Below, one piece after another: positions 12,860 to 27,744 of a stretch of DNA of 64,000 bases. Location: assembly GCF_036321535.1 (NCBI RefSeq), contig NC_087437.1, positions 45,944,001-46,008,000 of the forward strand. Direction: 5' to 3'. The stretch is from Camelus dromedarius (lineage: Eukaryota). The notes under the pieces were generated by a model. The model ran no database searches and was not told the origin of the DNA. It saw nothing but the letters and a program-made list of their open reading frames with translations. How positions within the stretch are numbered: the stretch's first letter is position 1; each line of letters starts with the position of its first letter. Both the position numbers and the translations under genes were made by a program.

Positions 12860-13320
12860 ACAATAGTTACTTGAAACCAACTGGACTTCATTCTCCCCCT
12901 AGATGGCCCCACAGCATTTCAAACTTTCTATGCATAAACTTACCTCATGTCCCACCCCAAACTTTTTCCTCTTCCTACGTTTTCTACCTCTGTGTGTGGC
13001 TCTGTCCTCCCAGTTACCCAAGCCAGAAATATGGCTCTTTCTCTTCCCTCATCTCCTACAGCTACTCGATCAACAAAAACCATTACTCTCTTATCTCTAG
13101 GGTGTTACTTCACAAGTAAGTTTTTAGTTCCCTAAATCTCCCATACCCTCAGGATTTTGGATATGCTGTATCCCCTAGATAAATTTTAGATCACCTACAT
13201 CCCACCTAGCTTACCACCACTATGGGTGGATATTTATTTTAGATGCCTATCTCCTTTCACTAGAAGGCATGCATTCTGAAAGATGCCTCGAACAAAGCAT
13301 GGCAAATACGTTAAAATGTA
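12860..13320 (-). mobile_element. L2 LINE fragment
   Basis: cagcatttcaaactt...cccagttacccaagccagaaat...cactagaaggcatgc...acaaagcatggc, a typical pyrimidine-rich L2 3' region. Confidence 0.55.
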
Positions 13321-14454
13321 CCCCTCTCACAACGGGGCTAGCGGTTAAAATGAAGACCTTATCTGCACAAGTACCATGAAAATCAATGACAATAGCATCG
13401 ATGGATTGTTGTTCACTCCCTCACAAATCAACTGCAGGAAGAACGAAGACAAATGGTAGTCTAACGCAAACCATAGCTGAAATTCAGAATCCTGGAAGTG
13501 TAATTTTTGTTCCAAGGGTATTATAGAATAAGAACTATGACTATTTATTTAAAACCATACTTAGCTCTGAAATACTGTACTACCCAAACATATTATCATA
13601 ACTATCACATCTTAGTAACACATTTTAAAAGCATTTCATTGCAGTGCCACTCTGTTACAAAGACAAATGCAAGTTTAAAACTATAATGGCTGCTCTTTAA
13701 ACACATTTCCTAGTTTTGCTCTTTTTAGGATCTGTGGTTTGATTTTGACCCTGTTGATTACTTTAGGCCAGATGAGAGGAATTGGGAAGGTAAAGGAGAA
13801 CTCCATGTATTTATACACAAATTATCAACAGCCTGAAGTTAATTCACTGACAAAGGTTGAAGGTTTGCTATTTTTCTTTCCACTGTTCTACAGACAAAAA
13901 CTGGACAGACTACTCCAAGAAATCAGACAGCTTAGAACAGGCAGGGACTCTTTTCATCACCAGTTTCTAATCTCAAGATCCTGGAAAGAAAGACAAGACA
14001 GACAGACAAACTTGCTCTACTGGTATTCTAACAGTGGAGGAAACAAAATATGAAAGAATATGGCTGTCCCTCACATGCTTACTATAATGAAGCTGTCCAT
14101 GCATCTTCTAATCTTCTAGGTTTATTCATGCCTACTATGAAATTCTACCCATATCTCAAACCTATCACTTTTATTTCTTGCTTTCCCCTTTCCTAATAAT
14201 TTTAATACTTAATGTCCTTGTTCTTTTCTAACCATACCAAATCCCCTACTCCTTCCCAGATGCATATAATCCTATACCAAGCCATTTCTTTACAATATAC
14301 AATTGTAAAAACAAATGTCTAGCTCTTTACCATTATTCAGTTGTATTAGTGCATTCACTTATTCAATAAATATTTATACTGCCTTCTGTTTCACAGCTTC
14401 ATCCATTCTTTGCCCAATTTTTGGAATAAAAGGAAAAGAAACTACAATAGAAAC

Positions 14455-14672
14455 AGAACCTCAAAAATACTGTGACTCTACCACTTACTGAACATGACAT
14501 ACTTGGCCAGGTATTCAACCTCCCTAAACCCGTCTTCTCATCTGTAAGACAAGGATTTCAACACGACCTACAGAGGGGTGTTGTTATGAGAACTGAAAGA
14601 GATAATGTGTATCAAGCATGTAACAGTACATGCGATATAAAAAGCACTTAGTTAACGATAGCCATTGTTATT
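14455..14672 (+). mobile_element. MIR SINE
   Basis: ctctaccacttactg...cttggccagg...ttctcatctgtaagacaagga...gttgttatgagaactgaaagagataatgtgt. Confidence 0.7.
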
Positions 14673-16324
14673 TTACTAGATTCTGCATGTGATGGAACAC
14701 ACTGAGCTGTCCTTTAATAGAACCAGAAATTTGCTGAAATAAACTACCAATCAACAAACTCAGTCTAAATATCCAGGAAGCTTTAGTGTTTTCATAAATG
14801 TTATGCACAGTTTCTTTGATAAAAACAAAAATTGACTTTGTTTTTTATAAACAGACTGCTATTGGCATTCTGAAAATGGGATATCATTTCTGGATTAAAT
14901 ATTGGATATAAAATAAGAGATAAAAAAGAGGATTACCAAATAGGGAAGTAGGGGTGGGTCAAGATTTTGGCCCCTAAGGAATAATAGTCTTTAAATTAAC
15001 ATCACAATCATCTATAATGGGTACTGGATTAATCAAATGTCTATGTTTTAAAGAAGTATCATTCTAATATTATTATTCCTATTCCTTGGCTTCCAAATAG
15101 TAGCTGAGAAGCAATGCAACTACTGCCTAAAACAGCAACACTGAATTCCTGGCAATTATAACTTTCAGTGATTGCAAATAATGGATAAGTTTAATAATGC
15201 TTCCATTAAGCCTTCTCCATAATTATAACAGTATTTAGAAATTATTCTGATTTTGAATGTCATGTAGATTACTAAATTATCTGTGTAGTATGAAATTATT
15301 TTCTTTCTAGACACAACATCAAAATAATTTACAAACATGAGTAGGAAACAACTTGTAGTTTCCCATACCAAGAAGTTACTATAGGCAGTGAAAGCTCTCA
15401 GTTCTCCCTGATGTCTGCTACCCTGGACAACTTAATGTGCTCTATAAATTCTATTAATATGCATCTTCTCTAGTATAGTAATAAAGATGTAAATGGTCTG
15501 ATTCAGTCTAACTTCAAATAACACTAGTAAGTGACTAATTTTCTAATGTGAAAGAAGTCAGCAAATCCCACTTGGAGCTCTAATAAATTCTGCTTAATTC
15601 CTTTGTCAATGATTAGGAGAAATATAAAGTAAAACTAGGTATATTTCATTGAAAGGGCAAAAAAGCTGAAGAACAGAAGGGTTCAGTATAAAGTGAATGT
15701 CAACCAGGAACAAAATAAACATTCTGACCCCATCAATTTGCTTTTTTTATACCATGCAAGGTAGTAAACAGTTAGAAAAAAGGAGTCTAGGACCAATGGC
15801 CTTTTTATACATTTCTTAATAGTATATAAATTTTGACTTTTTTTTTTCCTTTTCCTCACTTATCTTATCCATTGTTCTTGGCCAGAAATTCAGGACATAG
15901 TTGCAGAATGCTCATGCCATGACTACCATTAAGCCATATTCTAAGAAACTAGTTCCATTCCAAGCCAATATAAAAATACCTGTTCTTTCACTTGATTTCT
16001 TCAAACTCTCAAATGTTCTTAACATTCATTCATTTATTTATTCAGAGCCTATTTAAGAACCACGGATATTACATTGTAAAGGGTGAAAGAATGGTCTAGT
16101 TATAGAACCATACTACACATGCAAAAATAAACTTCCAGACTGCTTTAAACTCCAAGTCCCGAGGGAATTCACTGAATGGAGAATGACTTAGTGGACACTG
16201 GATCTCCCTGAAGTCCAACTCTACTTAAATATGTATTCCTAGTCTAAGGTTAAGTCTACAAGGAGGACACAGAGAAATACAGATGTATGCTCAAGGTATA
16301 TCTAGAATGACATTACCACTAATT

Positions 16325-16351
16325 TGTATTGAGAAATAACAGGAAAAGAAA

Positions 16352-16382
<31 letters not shown>

Positions 16383-17245
16383 TATGCATATATATATATG
16401 TATATATATATCCCCAATTCCTGGCACAGAGTTCCTTGTAATTTCCTAATGATAAGAACATTACTTGGTCTTTTTGGTCTACTATTTGGTCTTTGACCTT
16501 GGTTTCTGACAGAGGTCCTAAACTGGACCTCTTGAAGTGCAGGAAATTTGCTAGGTGATAGAAGTGTCTTTGGTTCCAATGAGGAGACTCCTAGTGGGCT
16601 CCTGGATAACTTCAGGATGGGGCTGGTCATCAAAAGGACCATGCCATAATTAGACGCTTGGAACTTTCCACTCCACCCGGTCATCCTCCAGGAAGGACAG
16701 AGACTAGTGACTACACCTGCATAATGAAGCCTCCATAAAATCCCCAAAAGTATGGGATTCAGAGAGCTTCTGGATCACTGAACACATGGAGATACTAGGA
16801 AGGTGATGCACCTGGGAGAGGGCTCTGCACCTCTTCCCCCATGTCTTGCCCTGTGCATCTCTTTCAGCTGGATGTTCATCTGTATCCTTTGTCATATCCT
16901 TTTATAATAAACTGGTAAATGTAAGTACATAGTTCCCTGAGTTCTTTGAGCCATTCTAGCAAATTATCAAACCCAAGAATGGGGTCATGGGAACCCTGAT
17001 ATAAAGCCAGTTGGTCAGAAGCGACAATCCAGGACTTGTGTACAGTGTCTGAAATGTGGGGAGTCTTTTGGGACTGACCACTCAACCTGTGGGATGCTAC
17101 TCCAGGTGGATAATGTCAGAACTGAACTAAACTGTAGAACACTCAGCTGGTGTTGCAGAAAATTGGCATGGAAAAAGCCACCACACATTTGGTGATCAGC
17201 AGTGTCAGAAGTATTGTGTGTGTAAGGAAAGGAAAACAGTAATCT
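16325..17245 (+). mobile_element. Solo LTR, MER21-like (ERVL), with an internal (TA)/(CA) expansion near the 5' end
   Basis: Motifs ataatgaagcctccataaaa, tttataataaactggtaaatgtaagt, ggggtcatgggaaccctgatataaagccagttggtcagaag and cacacatttggtg match the MER21 consensus as recalled. Confidence 0.8.
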
Positions 17246-18940
17246 TTCAAAACAGTACAGTTTCCAGTATTTCTGCTGCCTGATAAACCTCTTATCACAT
17301 TCTCATATTTTCTTTATGTCCATCTACAACAATTTCCTCTCCCCAGGCACTATTCAGAGAACACATATTTCACTAAGACATTATCAAGGACACTTCATTT
17401 AAAATTGAAGACAAAAAAAACTGTGTCTAAAGCTCACAGATCAAGACAGACATAAAGAAACATAATAGTAACCACCAGAAGAACTAAAACACAAATTCTT
17501 ACCATTGTTGTCTCCTGAGGATAGGGCTAGTAAAGGAGTCTCATTTTTTTTTTTTTATTATATGCATTCATTACTTTTGTGGTATTCAAAAGAAGTACTG
17601 AAAATTCTAATTTCCTAGGTCACCAAAGCCAGGAAATAAAACTTCCTTTATGCGAAAAACAAAGATTAACTACACATGTCTTTTGTATACCCCCATCACT
17701 GCTAATCTGGTAATTTAACAAGATTTAATATAATTTTTAGGTAGAAAGTTTTTAAGTATGGGGTTTTACCAAATAAGATTTAAATTTCAGAAAATCTCTA
17801 GTATAAAATCTACTTCCAAATTGCCAGCTTTACTCTGTTAAAGGATGTTAAGTGTCCTTTCCAATTAAGGCTAAAATCTGGCCATGGTATTTTTATCCAA
17901 AGGGTTCCTAGACAAAATTGAAATGTGACTTATCATACTCTCCTTTCAGTGATCAAAGCAAAGCCCATAAACAAAGGGTAGGAGAATAGGAGTAAGTAGA
18001 AAGGCTTTAGGAAAACTTTAAAAGAATCCATTTGTGAATTCTCTCATTTAGTGGGCTTAATTCACAATGAATAATTATTAGGATTAACTGCATGTTATAC
18101 TGTGAAATAATGTATTTCTTCACTCATTTGACTACTATGTATTGACTGCCTACTATATACCAGGCATCATCTCAGATGCTAAGAACAGAGCACTGAAGGA
18201 AACGCCTTGAAGTTTATATTCTAGTTGGGGAGGAGAGTCAAACAAAATGAGTACATAATATATGGGGACTGTCTTGTCTCAATTTCTCAACCTAACTTTT
18301 ATAAAACCAAAAGATACTTAAGTTTTAGCACAGTAACCTTTCAGGTTCATTGACTGCAAACACAATGAAGCAACTCTAAGAAACAGGATTTACTAAAAGC
18401 AGTAGCTCAGAAAACCTAAATAGTCAGGTTTTAAAATAAAGAAACCACAGCAGTTCTATGGCATATCCCTATTCTACCCAATGAAGTTTGTTCCTGGAAA
18501 CTATTTCAACAACTTGTGGTCAAATATGGTCCCAGCTTTCTTATTTTTCCAAAGAATGGCTGGATTCACGCATAATTAGGACTTCTATTGATTGTATCTA
18601 TAGGCAGGTAAATAGGTGGAAAGAAGGTTATCGATCCTGAGGCAGAAAGATCTACAATGGATAATTATTTGTATACCATTTTTCTTTCTTTGCTGCCACA
18701 TGGTAAGATGGCTGAAATCTGCTCTATTCAAGACAATGGTCACACACGGCATGGTGATACGTGGCAGGTCTAGATCCTGGTCTAGGCAGCAGCATCAGCT
18801 ACCAACTTTGGGGATCGCTTCAGTTTACACCTCCACAACCATTTATTGTTCCTGCAAGGTCAACAGCCATTCTTGGTGGCTAGGTCTGCAGAAGCTCCAG
18901 AATCAACTGTCATGCAGAAACATTCCAAAGAACCCTTAGG

Positions 18941-18942
<2 letters not shown>

Positions 18943-18971
<29 letters not shown>
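18943..18971. repeat. (TA)n microsatellite
   Basis: Directly visible. Confidence 0.95.
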
Positions 18972-18976
<5 letters not shown>

Positions 18977-20324
18977 CACTGGCCTATATTTCAACCTCAT
19001 CCATTTTCTTTAAGGTCATTTTACTGCAGTGTTGTCATTGCCCTTTCCTTCCACCAAATTTTGCTATTTCTTACACAAAACTTCTGAAAGAAGAGAGTTG
19101 AGGTATCCTCCTCAACAGAGACTCCCTAAGCAATCCACAAACCATCATCCCAAAATCCTGTATAAAGTGAATCTAGTTATATTCCAATATATGTCTCACC
19201 AAGCTTTATTTAAATAACTAAGAGGGCCATTTTCCTACTCCATCCACAACTCTAAATGCCACACTATCTAAAGATCCTACTTACAGAGCCTAGAATTGAT
19301 AACCTTAATTTCTCATTACCTTCCAGTACACATACCTTCTTAACCTGTGATACAATAGGTGCATTTCTAATGGTGCCTTCTTTAATTTAGTATGCTTGTT
19401 TTAAAAGCTTTCTTTTTCCTTCTCCTTCTATTCAGAGCCTACCCATTTTTCAAGATCCAGCTCAACTTCTTCCTGCCAAAAGCCTTTCCTTACTACGTCA
19501 ACCTATTAGTGATGTTTCTCCTCTCTGAAGAAGTCTGGTAATGCACAGGTCATTTTATAGGGCTGAAAAGCACGGTCCAGACAGTTAAGTAACTTACCCC
19601 AATTCAAACTAGCCAATGACAATGGCTGGGCTATATCCAGATCTTCGAACTCAAACTCCAAGGTTTATCTGTTCTTTCAATCTCCTCATTCTAATATTAT
19701 TTCCTACACTAATCTGACCATATCCCCTCACACCTAAAATTTTTCAAAGGAGTCTCCACATGTAGATATTTTATCCAAAGTCAACCCATCCTTCAGATCA
19801 CGAGTCAAATGCAATCTTCTCCATTCAAGTTTCTTTTTAACAGTTCTAAATAACTCATATTGATTTCTCCCTTTTCCAAACTTGCTGTATTTTAATCAAT
19901 ATCACACAAAAGAGCATCTTTCTACTTTGCATGTGTTACCTCATTCAGTCCCCCAAATAACCTGAAAAGGCAGGAATATATTAGCCATATTTTACAAATG
20001 GCCCTAAGATATTAAATAATTTGCTTACATTCGAATAATTATTCACAATAGTTACTCCACAAAGAACCTGCTATTTAAAACTATGTCACCATTTCCAAAG
20101 TCTATTCTCTTTAAATATAGCCTACTGCAATTCATCTTTTCTTTTCACCACATACATACATACATAGTGGAAACTATGTAGAGATAATGGGTAAGCTATT
20201 CTTTCTTTATAACTAGAACTCGGACTCACTCTTGATTTTTGGTCCAGAATTCTTTCAATTATAACTTAGAGCTTGTTTGTTATAGAATTCCATCCTTTTC
20301 AATCCTTCAAAACTGCAGTTAACA

Positions 20325-20645
20325 TAATCTGAACCTGTTCCTGAGGAAGTAAACAAACCCAAACTGAGAAACATTCTTCAAAACTGTCAGTCAGTGTAAT
20401 AAAACACAAAGACATTCTAAGAACTATGCCAGATTAAAGATTATTCAATGTGTGATCTTGGTACAGATCCTAGATCAGGGCAAAATAATTATTAGCAAGA
20501 TCATTGGGACAACTGCCAAAATCTGAATATGAAATACATTAAATAATGGTATTATATCAATACTGCATCAATGTTAAATATCCCTAAATTTGATCACTGA
20601 ATTGAGGTTATACAAGAAAACATCCTTGTTCTTAAGAGATATTCT
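20325..20645 (+). mobile_element. Old L1 (L1ME-like) 3' UTR fragment
   Basis: aaacccaaactgagaaacattct...caatgtgtgatcttgg...gggacaactgccaaaatctgaatatg...catcaatgttaaat. Confidence 0.65.
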
Positions 20646-21308
20646 AGTGCACTTGAAGACAAGATCTCTTAACTTGAAACGTTAGAACCTAAAATACTGC
20701 AAGTCCACCAACAGTGAAGCCACATTGTTGGAAATTCAATTTTGCTGGGCTAGCTTTCATAGAGCTATTACAGTCAAGTTTGAGGAAAAGCAGAGCTCTT
20801 CGATCAATGGCTCCTGTCTAACAGAGCTAAATAAGGCTGTTGAAATGAGCAACAAGTTCTTTAAATAAGTAGTGCTAGCTGTGAATCAAAGGACAGATCA
20901 TTCAATACATGCAGAAAGAACTGGTGGTCCACTATCAGCCTTTTCAAGCTTACATACAAATACCAAATAATTAGCATCCACAATGTCTTCATCTTCCAGT
21001 TCCAACAGCATTTTTTAAACTGCAATACAGCTAATTCTATTTGAATGTAGGGTATTCTTTAATACAGTGAATCCCTCTGTAAAAAAATGAACAGAGCTGC
21101 ATGTAAAACATTAAACGCAAAAGTCCACCATAGGAAAACATGTTGTGCAATATTTCCTTCACATTCTATCCTGTACTGCACATACACATCTTATATCTAT
21201 TAACTGAGGAGAAGTGAAGGCTTTTACTAACTTCTAGTGGGATCATGGAGAAAGACGTGCAAACAGTAGCAGTCTTTAGGTGGTCCCTTCAAAAACAGAC
21301 AAAGGAGA

Positions 21309-21458
21309 GGGGAAGATACAGCTCAAGCACCAGAGCATGTGCTTAGTATGCACAAGATCCTGGGTTCAATCCCCAGTACCTCCTCTAAAAATAAATAAAT
21401 AAATAAATCTAATTACCTCCCCTCCACCGACTAAAAAAAAAAAAGAAAAAGAAAAAAA
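21309..21458 (+). mobile_element. tRNA-derived SINE (camelid vic-1-like)
   Basis: ggggaagatacagctcaag...gtgcttagtatgcacaagatcctGGGTTCAATCCCcagtacctcc (Pol III B box), then (AAAT)n, ctaattacctcccc and a poly-A tail. Confidence 0.85.
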
Positions 21459-23204
21459 TTTTTGAAAACTTAAAAAAAAGGCAAATGAAAAGAAAATCTG
21501 GACAGTCTATTTGAAATAGGTTTTTTTTTTAATGTGTAGTAACTTCAGGGGAAAATTCATATACAAGAACAGTATTTTTATTTTCTTAAGCATAAAAGAA
21601 TACACATAACAGCAAAAATTTTTAATTTAAGTCTTAAAAATTAACAGTTGTATGAAGACATCTCCACTTCTCCACTTTAATCAATTTGCACCAACTGCTC
21701 CAATGAGGCATAGCTATACTAACGTCACAGAAAGAAAGCTTTTGTTTTAAGCTACTTGTTCTCAGCCAATCCAGGTTATGCTCAAAGTGAAATTTTGGAA
21801 TAGTCTTTAAAATAAGGAAAGCCTATAAAACTGAGCAAACAAGATAAGTGTTTAAAACATGTAACAGGCTAAGCACAAAAGTTTTTTTTTTCTATTTTAA
21901 AGATCATCCCAAAATCTTCAAAGAAAGACATCTAATTTTCTCATGTTCCCAATTCTGTATTTTGAGCAATATAGTTTTAGAGTCTTATCACTAAAAGGTT
22001 CTTAAGTCATTCTGCCTAAAGACCAGGTATTTAAGTTCATTTGCCTCCATCACCTTATATAATGATAAGGTTTCTTTCAAACCTTAAAACATGATTCAAA
22101 TACACCTATCACAAAAGTAGAAATACGCATTAGTACATTTTCTGCTTTTAACTGCTCTTCTAATGGATCGTTTATAAAGTAAGAGCATAATTTCTTGAAT
22201 CAGGAAAGGTAACATGTAGATAACAATGAAATCCCATTTACACTATCACAAAATTTACATTTTCCTGAAATCTTTGCAAGCTATCTTCAATCCAAGATTG
22301 AGAAATCACAACCATGCACAAATGTGATGTTAGATTAATACTTTAATTTTCAGTTCTCACCAACATTCCCTCTTGCTACAGTGCCTCATCCCCACTGTTC
22401 ATTGTGTTTTCCAACACAGAGATGCCCCCCTCAAAAAGAACTAGCTTAAGCAATGAGACCAGTTTTCAAGACAATGCATAATAATGTCAGCTAATCAAAA
22501 ACTGAAGGACGGGATTTCCATCATTTAATCCTTCAAGAAAAGAACCCCCTATTTTCACTCACTCTCATTTTGCTACTTGACAGAAGTCTTGAAAAGGATG
22601 AACCCTGAAGAAAAACCCCTTCATAAAAATGAAAGCAAACTAGAACAGGAAAGTGGAAAGCCTTCGACAACCTTTGTTCCATGCAGAAATCCACTTCGTA
22701 AGTTTAATGACAAAATGATTCAACCTCTGCTTGAGTTCCTTCAATGATGAGTGCTTTCATGTAAGGGTGACCATTGTACTAAATTATCAGACAGCTCTAA
22801 TTGTTTCAAAGTTCTTTCTTCTCCAGGACGCAAATGTGTCTTCCCGTAACTTCTACTCAGGGCCTTTGGAAATCGCAAAACAAGCTTAACTCTGCTCCAA
22901 ATGAACATTTTCAGGCACTGGAAGGACTTTCTCCCAGTCTCATTCCCAAGTGCGCAATTTCCTATTTTAAAAATTTGTGACATAACAATTATAAAAGCTG
23001 CTCCAGCTTGTGTCCTTCTAAAAATATGACTCCTAAGATGGAACACAGTACTTTTTCCTCATAGCATTTTTTTCTTCAATGCTTAGTAAATTTATTCTTA
23101 TTTTAGACAATGGGGTGGGAGTAGTCAGTAAAACTCAAAATCTCTTCAACTGCTAGTAAGAACTACAAAGTACAGATAAAAATTCACAAAAATCTGTCAC
23201 TGTA

Positions 23205-23815
23205 ACAAATGGGTGCTGGGACAACTGGACAGCCACATGCAAAAGAATGAAGTTGGAACCGTACTTCATACCATATAAAAAATTAGTTCAAAATGGATCA
23301 AAGACCTAAGTGACTTGAGATTTAAGCAATGGTTTCTTAAGAATATGATACCTAAAGAACAAGCAACAGAAGAAGAAAAAAGAAGATAAATCGCCATCAT
23401 GAAAATTTAAAACTTTGCTTTAAAGGACACCACTTAGAAAAAAGAAAAGATAGCCTACAGAATGGAAGAAAATGTTTGCAAGACAAACGATAAGGGACTT
23501 GTGTCTAGAATATATAAAGAAATATTACAACTCAATAATAAAAAGGCAAGCAACCCAATTTAAAAATAGGTAAAGTATCTGAATAGATATTCCACCCAAG
23601 AAGATATACAAATAGCTAACAAGCATATGAAAATGTGTTCAACATCATTAATAATCAGGAAAATGCAAACCAAAATCATGAGATACCACCTTATACCCAT
23701 TAGGATGGCCATCAACAAATAATGGTTGAGGATGCAGAGAAATAATAACTCTCATACGCTGTTGGTGGGAACGTAAAGTACAGCCACTTTGGAAAATTCT
23801 GGCAGTCCTTCAATT
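23205..23815 (+). mobile_element. Old L1 ORF2 3' fragment
   Basis: aacaaatgggtgctgggacaactggacagccacatgcaaaagaatgaagttgg...gagataccacc, degraded L1 ORF2. Confidence 0.85.
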
Positions 23816-24354
23816 GTTAGAATTTCATTAGAAATAATGAGTTATTAGAAAATTTTAAGAAATTATTTAGTGTGAAACTGACAGGTGTCATTAAAAGATT
23901 TCATAAAAATGAAAACTTTATCAACAAATGTTTCCTTTCTATACATATTACCAGTGACCACAGTAATTCATTTTTAAATTTTACGTGGGAATAAAGCAGC
24001 CAGTAAACTTGATGTGCCAAGGAAATGTGCTAGCTATTTTCTTTGTAAGTACCCTGACAATTAAAGTAACTTATTAAATTCTTCAATTTGTAGATTTTCA
24101 AATTTTCAAGTAAAAAAATTTACCCTTCAAACTGACAAAGATTTTATAATCAAACAGTAAGCTGAAGAGCAATGACTATTAATCAAAGTCATACAATGGG
24201 TGATTAATCACTATTAACAGCTTCTAGAGGAGGATCTTGTACAAAAAGTAAGTTCTATCAAATAAAGCTGACACAAATATCACATTTTTTTCAAAAGATA
24301 ATAATGGACTATAAATGCCTAGTTCTCTCAAAACAAGAAAACACTGTTAAAGTA

Positions 24355-24492
24355 CAGGCTGCTAGGTCCCCCACCCTGATCCACCCCAACCCATTCCCAT
24401 TCAACTGCCACATCTAGAGTGGGACAAAGGATTTGCATTTTCAGTAAGTTATCAAAAAATGTTCACGCTGACAGGGACCACACTTTGAAACT
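24355..24492. mobile_element. MER5A-like fragment
   Basis: ctaggtcccccaccc...atttgcattttcagtaagtt...agggaccacactttgaaa. Confidence 0.5.
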
Positions 24493-25579
24493 TATCATAC
24501 TATGCAATACTGAATCCTATTAACAATAGGATAACTTTCTACTGAAAGTAAAAAATGGTAATACTTATGATCCAATGATCGTTTGTCAAACATCATTTAC
24601 CAAACATGGGTTGTATAACAAAATAAAGACACCTCAGAGAAACTTGCTTTTATCTTCAGGACTTTCCCAATGTTTTTTGCTCCAGTTGGTATGGGCTTCT
24701 ATTAACATGTCCATGAAGTAGCTTTATCAGCTGTACTGCACCCATGAGCCTTTTCTGATCCCCCTAGCTGGAAATAACTGCTTACTCCTTTGAACCCAAG
24801 TCCACACTTGTAGCACGCATAAGATAATGATTGCCAGGTTGTATTATCTGTTTAGCTATTTGTACTCAAGACTTATCGATTAAACTAAGTTTCATGGTAA
24901 CCAACAGCTAGACATTTTCATATCCCACTGAGTTCGCAGCACAGACTGTCCAAAAATAATGAATAAAAATGTGTTCAGTAAATATTTAGAATCAGTATCT
25001 TTGATATCATCTCTGAAAAAAAGGAAAGTACAGGAGGTCAAGCTTTTAGAGAGAAAAGAAATCAAAATGAAATCCTTTTTAAATGACTATACATAACGCT
25101 AAATCATAATACTTAAATTTAAGTACAGGATTGGAGTAAGTAAACTGCACTGGGAAGCGCAAAACCTAGCTTCAACAATAATTTACAATATAACCCTTGA
25201 ATTGGTCAATTTACCTACTCTGCTCATAAAATGCATTTGCAATCCAAAATCAGGCTACTTGTTTTAAAGATTAATCTGCCAAAGTCAGATTACAATCAGT
25301 ATGGACCTACTGTCTAAGTACAATTATTTCCATAATGTATTATTTATACTAAAAATATTTGTTACGGCATATATTAGATATGCTACCACCAGAACTATAT
25401 AAAGAGGCTCAACTTGTATCACAGTTCTCACCAATTTCCTTGGAAACAAAAATCACTCTTGTGGTATCCCCAACATCATGGAACACAGCAGGGAATTCAG
25501 TAACACTTTTAAAATATTTTCAGTTATCTGAATTTTCAGTATCACGAACTATAATTTCCCTATGATATTTCTACATAAC

Positions 25580-25720
25580 TCCATTATACTGTCTTTCATC
25601 TATCTGCCCAACCCTAGTAGACTGTGAGCTCCTTCAAGACAAAAAGAGGACCAAATGTTATTTATACTCCAATACCTAACACAGAACCTAGTATACATAG
25701 CAGGTGCTCAAGAAACACAC
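25580..25720. mobile_element. L2 3' end
   Basis: tagactgtgagctccttcaagac...cctaacacagaacctagtatacatagcaggtgctcaagaaa. Confidence 0.65.
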
Positions 25721-25861
25721 AACACTACTGCTGTTTTTTCATGATCTCATTTCTTCTTTGTATAGCTCATGAGACTATTAGCATGTACAGTTGATAATTT
25801 AGTGAAGAAATGAGATCCAGCATAGCTTCAGCAACTCAAGTCCTAAATAAAGAAACACATA

Positions 25862-27744
25862 ATAGTACTCAATGGTGAAAAACTCAAAAGCTTCCCACTA
25901 AAATCTGGGACAAGACAAGGATGCCCACTATCACCACTCCTATTCAACATAGTCTTGGAAGTCCTAGCCACAGCAATCAGGCAAGAGAGAGAAATAAAAG
26001 GGATCCAAATTGGAAAAGAAGAGGTAAAAGTGTCACTATATGATGATGACATGTTACTATATATAGAAAACCCTAAAAGGTCCACACAAAAACTACTAGA
26101 GCTGATCGAAGAAGTCAGCAAGGTAGCAGGTTACAAAATTAACGTTCAAAAATCAGTGGCATTTCTTTACACTAATGATAAACCAACAGAAAAAGAAAGT
26201 AAAGAAACAATCCCCTTTAAAATAGCACCCGAAGTAATAAAATACCTAGGAATAAATCTAACCAAGGAGGTGAAAGAATTATACACAGAAAACTATAAAC
26301 CATTAATGAAGGAAATTAAAGAAGACTTAAAAAATGGAAAGATATCCCATGCTCTTGGATTGGAAGAATCAATATTGTTAAAATGGTCACACTGCCCAAG
26401 GCAATCTACAGATTTAATGCAATCCCTATCCAATTACCCAGGACATATTTCACAGAACTAGAACAAATCATAATAAAATTCATATGGAACCATCAAAGAC
26501 CTAGAATTGCCAAAGCATTACTGATGAGAAAGAAAGAGGCTGGAGGAATAACTCTCCCAGACTTCAGACAATACTATAGAGCTACAATCATCAAGACAGT
26601 AAGGTATTGGTACAAAAACAGACATATAGACCAATGGAACAGAATAGAGAGCCCAGAAATGAACCCACAAACTTTTGGTCAACTAATCTTCGACACAGGA
26701 GGCAAGAATATACAATGGAATAAAGACAGTCTCTTCAGCAAATGGTGTTGGGAAAACTGGACAGCAGTATGTAAAACAATGAAGCTAGAACACTCCCTTA
26801 CACCATACACAAAAATAAACCTAAGATGGATCAAAGACTTAAACATAAGACAAGATACAATAAACCTCCTAGAGGAAAATACAGGCAAAACATTATCTGA
26901 CATACATCTCAAAAATGTTCTCCCAGAAGAAATAAAAGCAAGAATAAACAAATGGGACCTAATGAAACTTACAAGCTTCTGCACAGCAAAGGAAACCAGA
27001 AGTAAAACAAAAAGACAACCTACAGAATGGGAGAAAATTTTTGCAAATGAAACCGACAGAGGCTTGATCTCCAGAATATATAAGCAGCTCATACGACTCA
27101 ATAAGAAAAAAATAAACAACCCCCCAATCCAAAAATGGGCAGAAGACCTAAACAAGCAATTCTCCAAGGAAGACATACAAATGATCAATAGGCACATGAA
27201 AAAATGCTCAATATCACTAATTATCAGAGAAATGCAAATCAAAACTACAATGAGGTATCACCTCACACCAGTCAGAATGGCCAGCCTTCAAAAATCCACA
27301 AGTGACAAATGCTGGAGAGGCTGTGGAGAAAAGGGAACCCTCCTTCACTGCTGGTGGGAATGCAGTTTGGTGCAGCCACTGTGGAAAACAGTATGGAGAT
27401 TCCTCAAAAGACTAGGAATAGACTTACCATATGACCCAGGAATTCCACTCCTGGGCCTATATCCAGAAGGAGTCCTAATTCAAAAAGACACCTGCACCCC
27501 AATGTTCATAGCAGCACTATTTGCAATAGCCAAGACATGGAAACAGCCTAAATGTCCATCAACAGATGACTGGATAAAGAAGAGGTGGTATATTTATACA
27601 ATGGAATACTACTCAGCCATAAAAACTGACAACATAACGCCATTTGCAGCAACATGGATGCTCCTGGAGAATGTCATTCTAAGTGAAGTAAGCCAGAAAG
27701 GAAAAGAAAAATATCATATGAGATCGCTCATATGTGGAATCTAA
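25862..27744 (+). pseudogene. L1 ORF2p fragment (RT domain C-terminal part through CCHC domain), one frameshift near 26330
   Basis: Translation gives [17 protein letters not shown] (normally F/YADD), KYLGINL and [18 protein letters not shown], ending SLICGI*. The ORF-track frames 25955-26461 and 26383-27744 join through a 1-bp loss in gacttaaaaaatgg. Confidence 0.95.

Noticed and set aside
16319..17085. Minus-strand ORFs of 142, 63 and 69 aa
   Set aside because: They lie within the MER21-like LTR and its simple repeat, with no recognisable protein similarity.
21309..21385. tRNA-like sequence as a functional tRNA gene (also 35533-35600)
   Set aside because: Degenerate stems, poly-A tails and, for the second copy, a TSD indicate SINEs.
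26679..27242. 187-aa minus-strand ORF (also 25843-26121 and 27728-27934)
   Set aside because: Antisense shadow of L1 ORF2 and its 3' UTR; not an independent gene.
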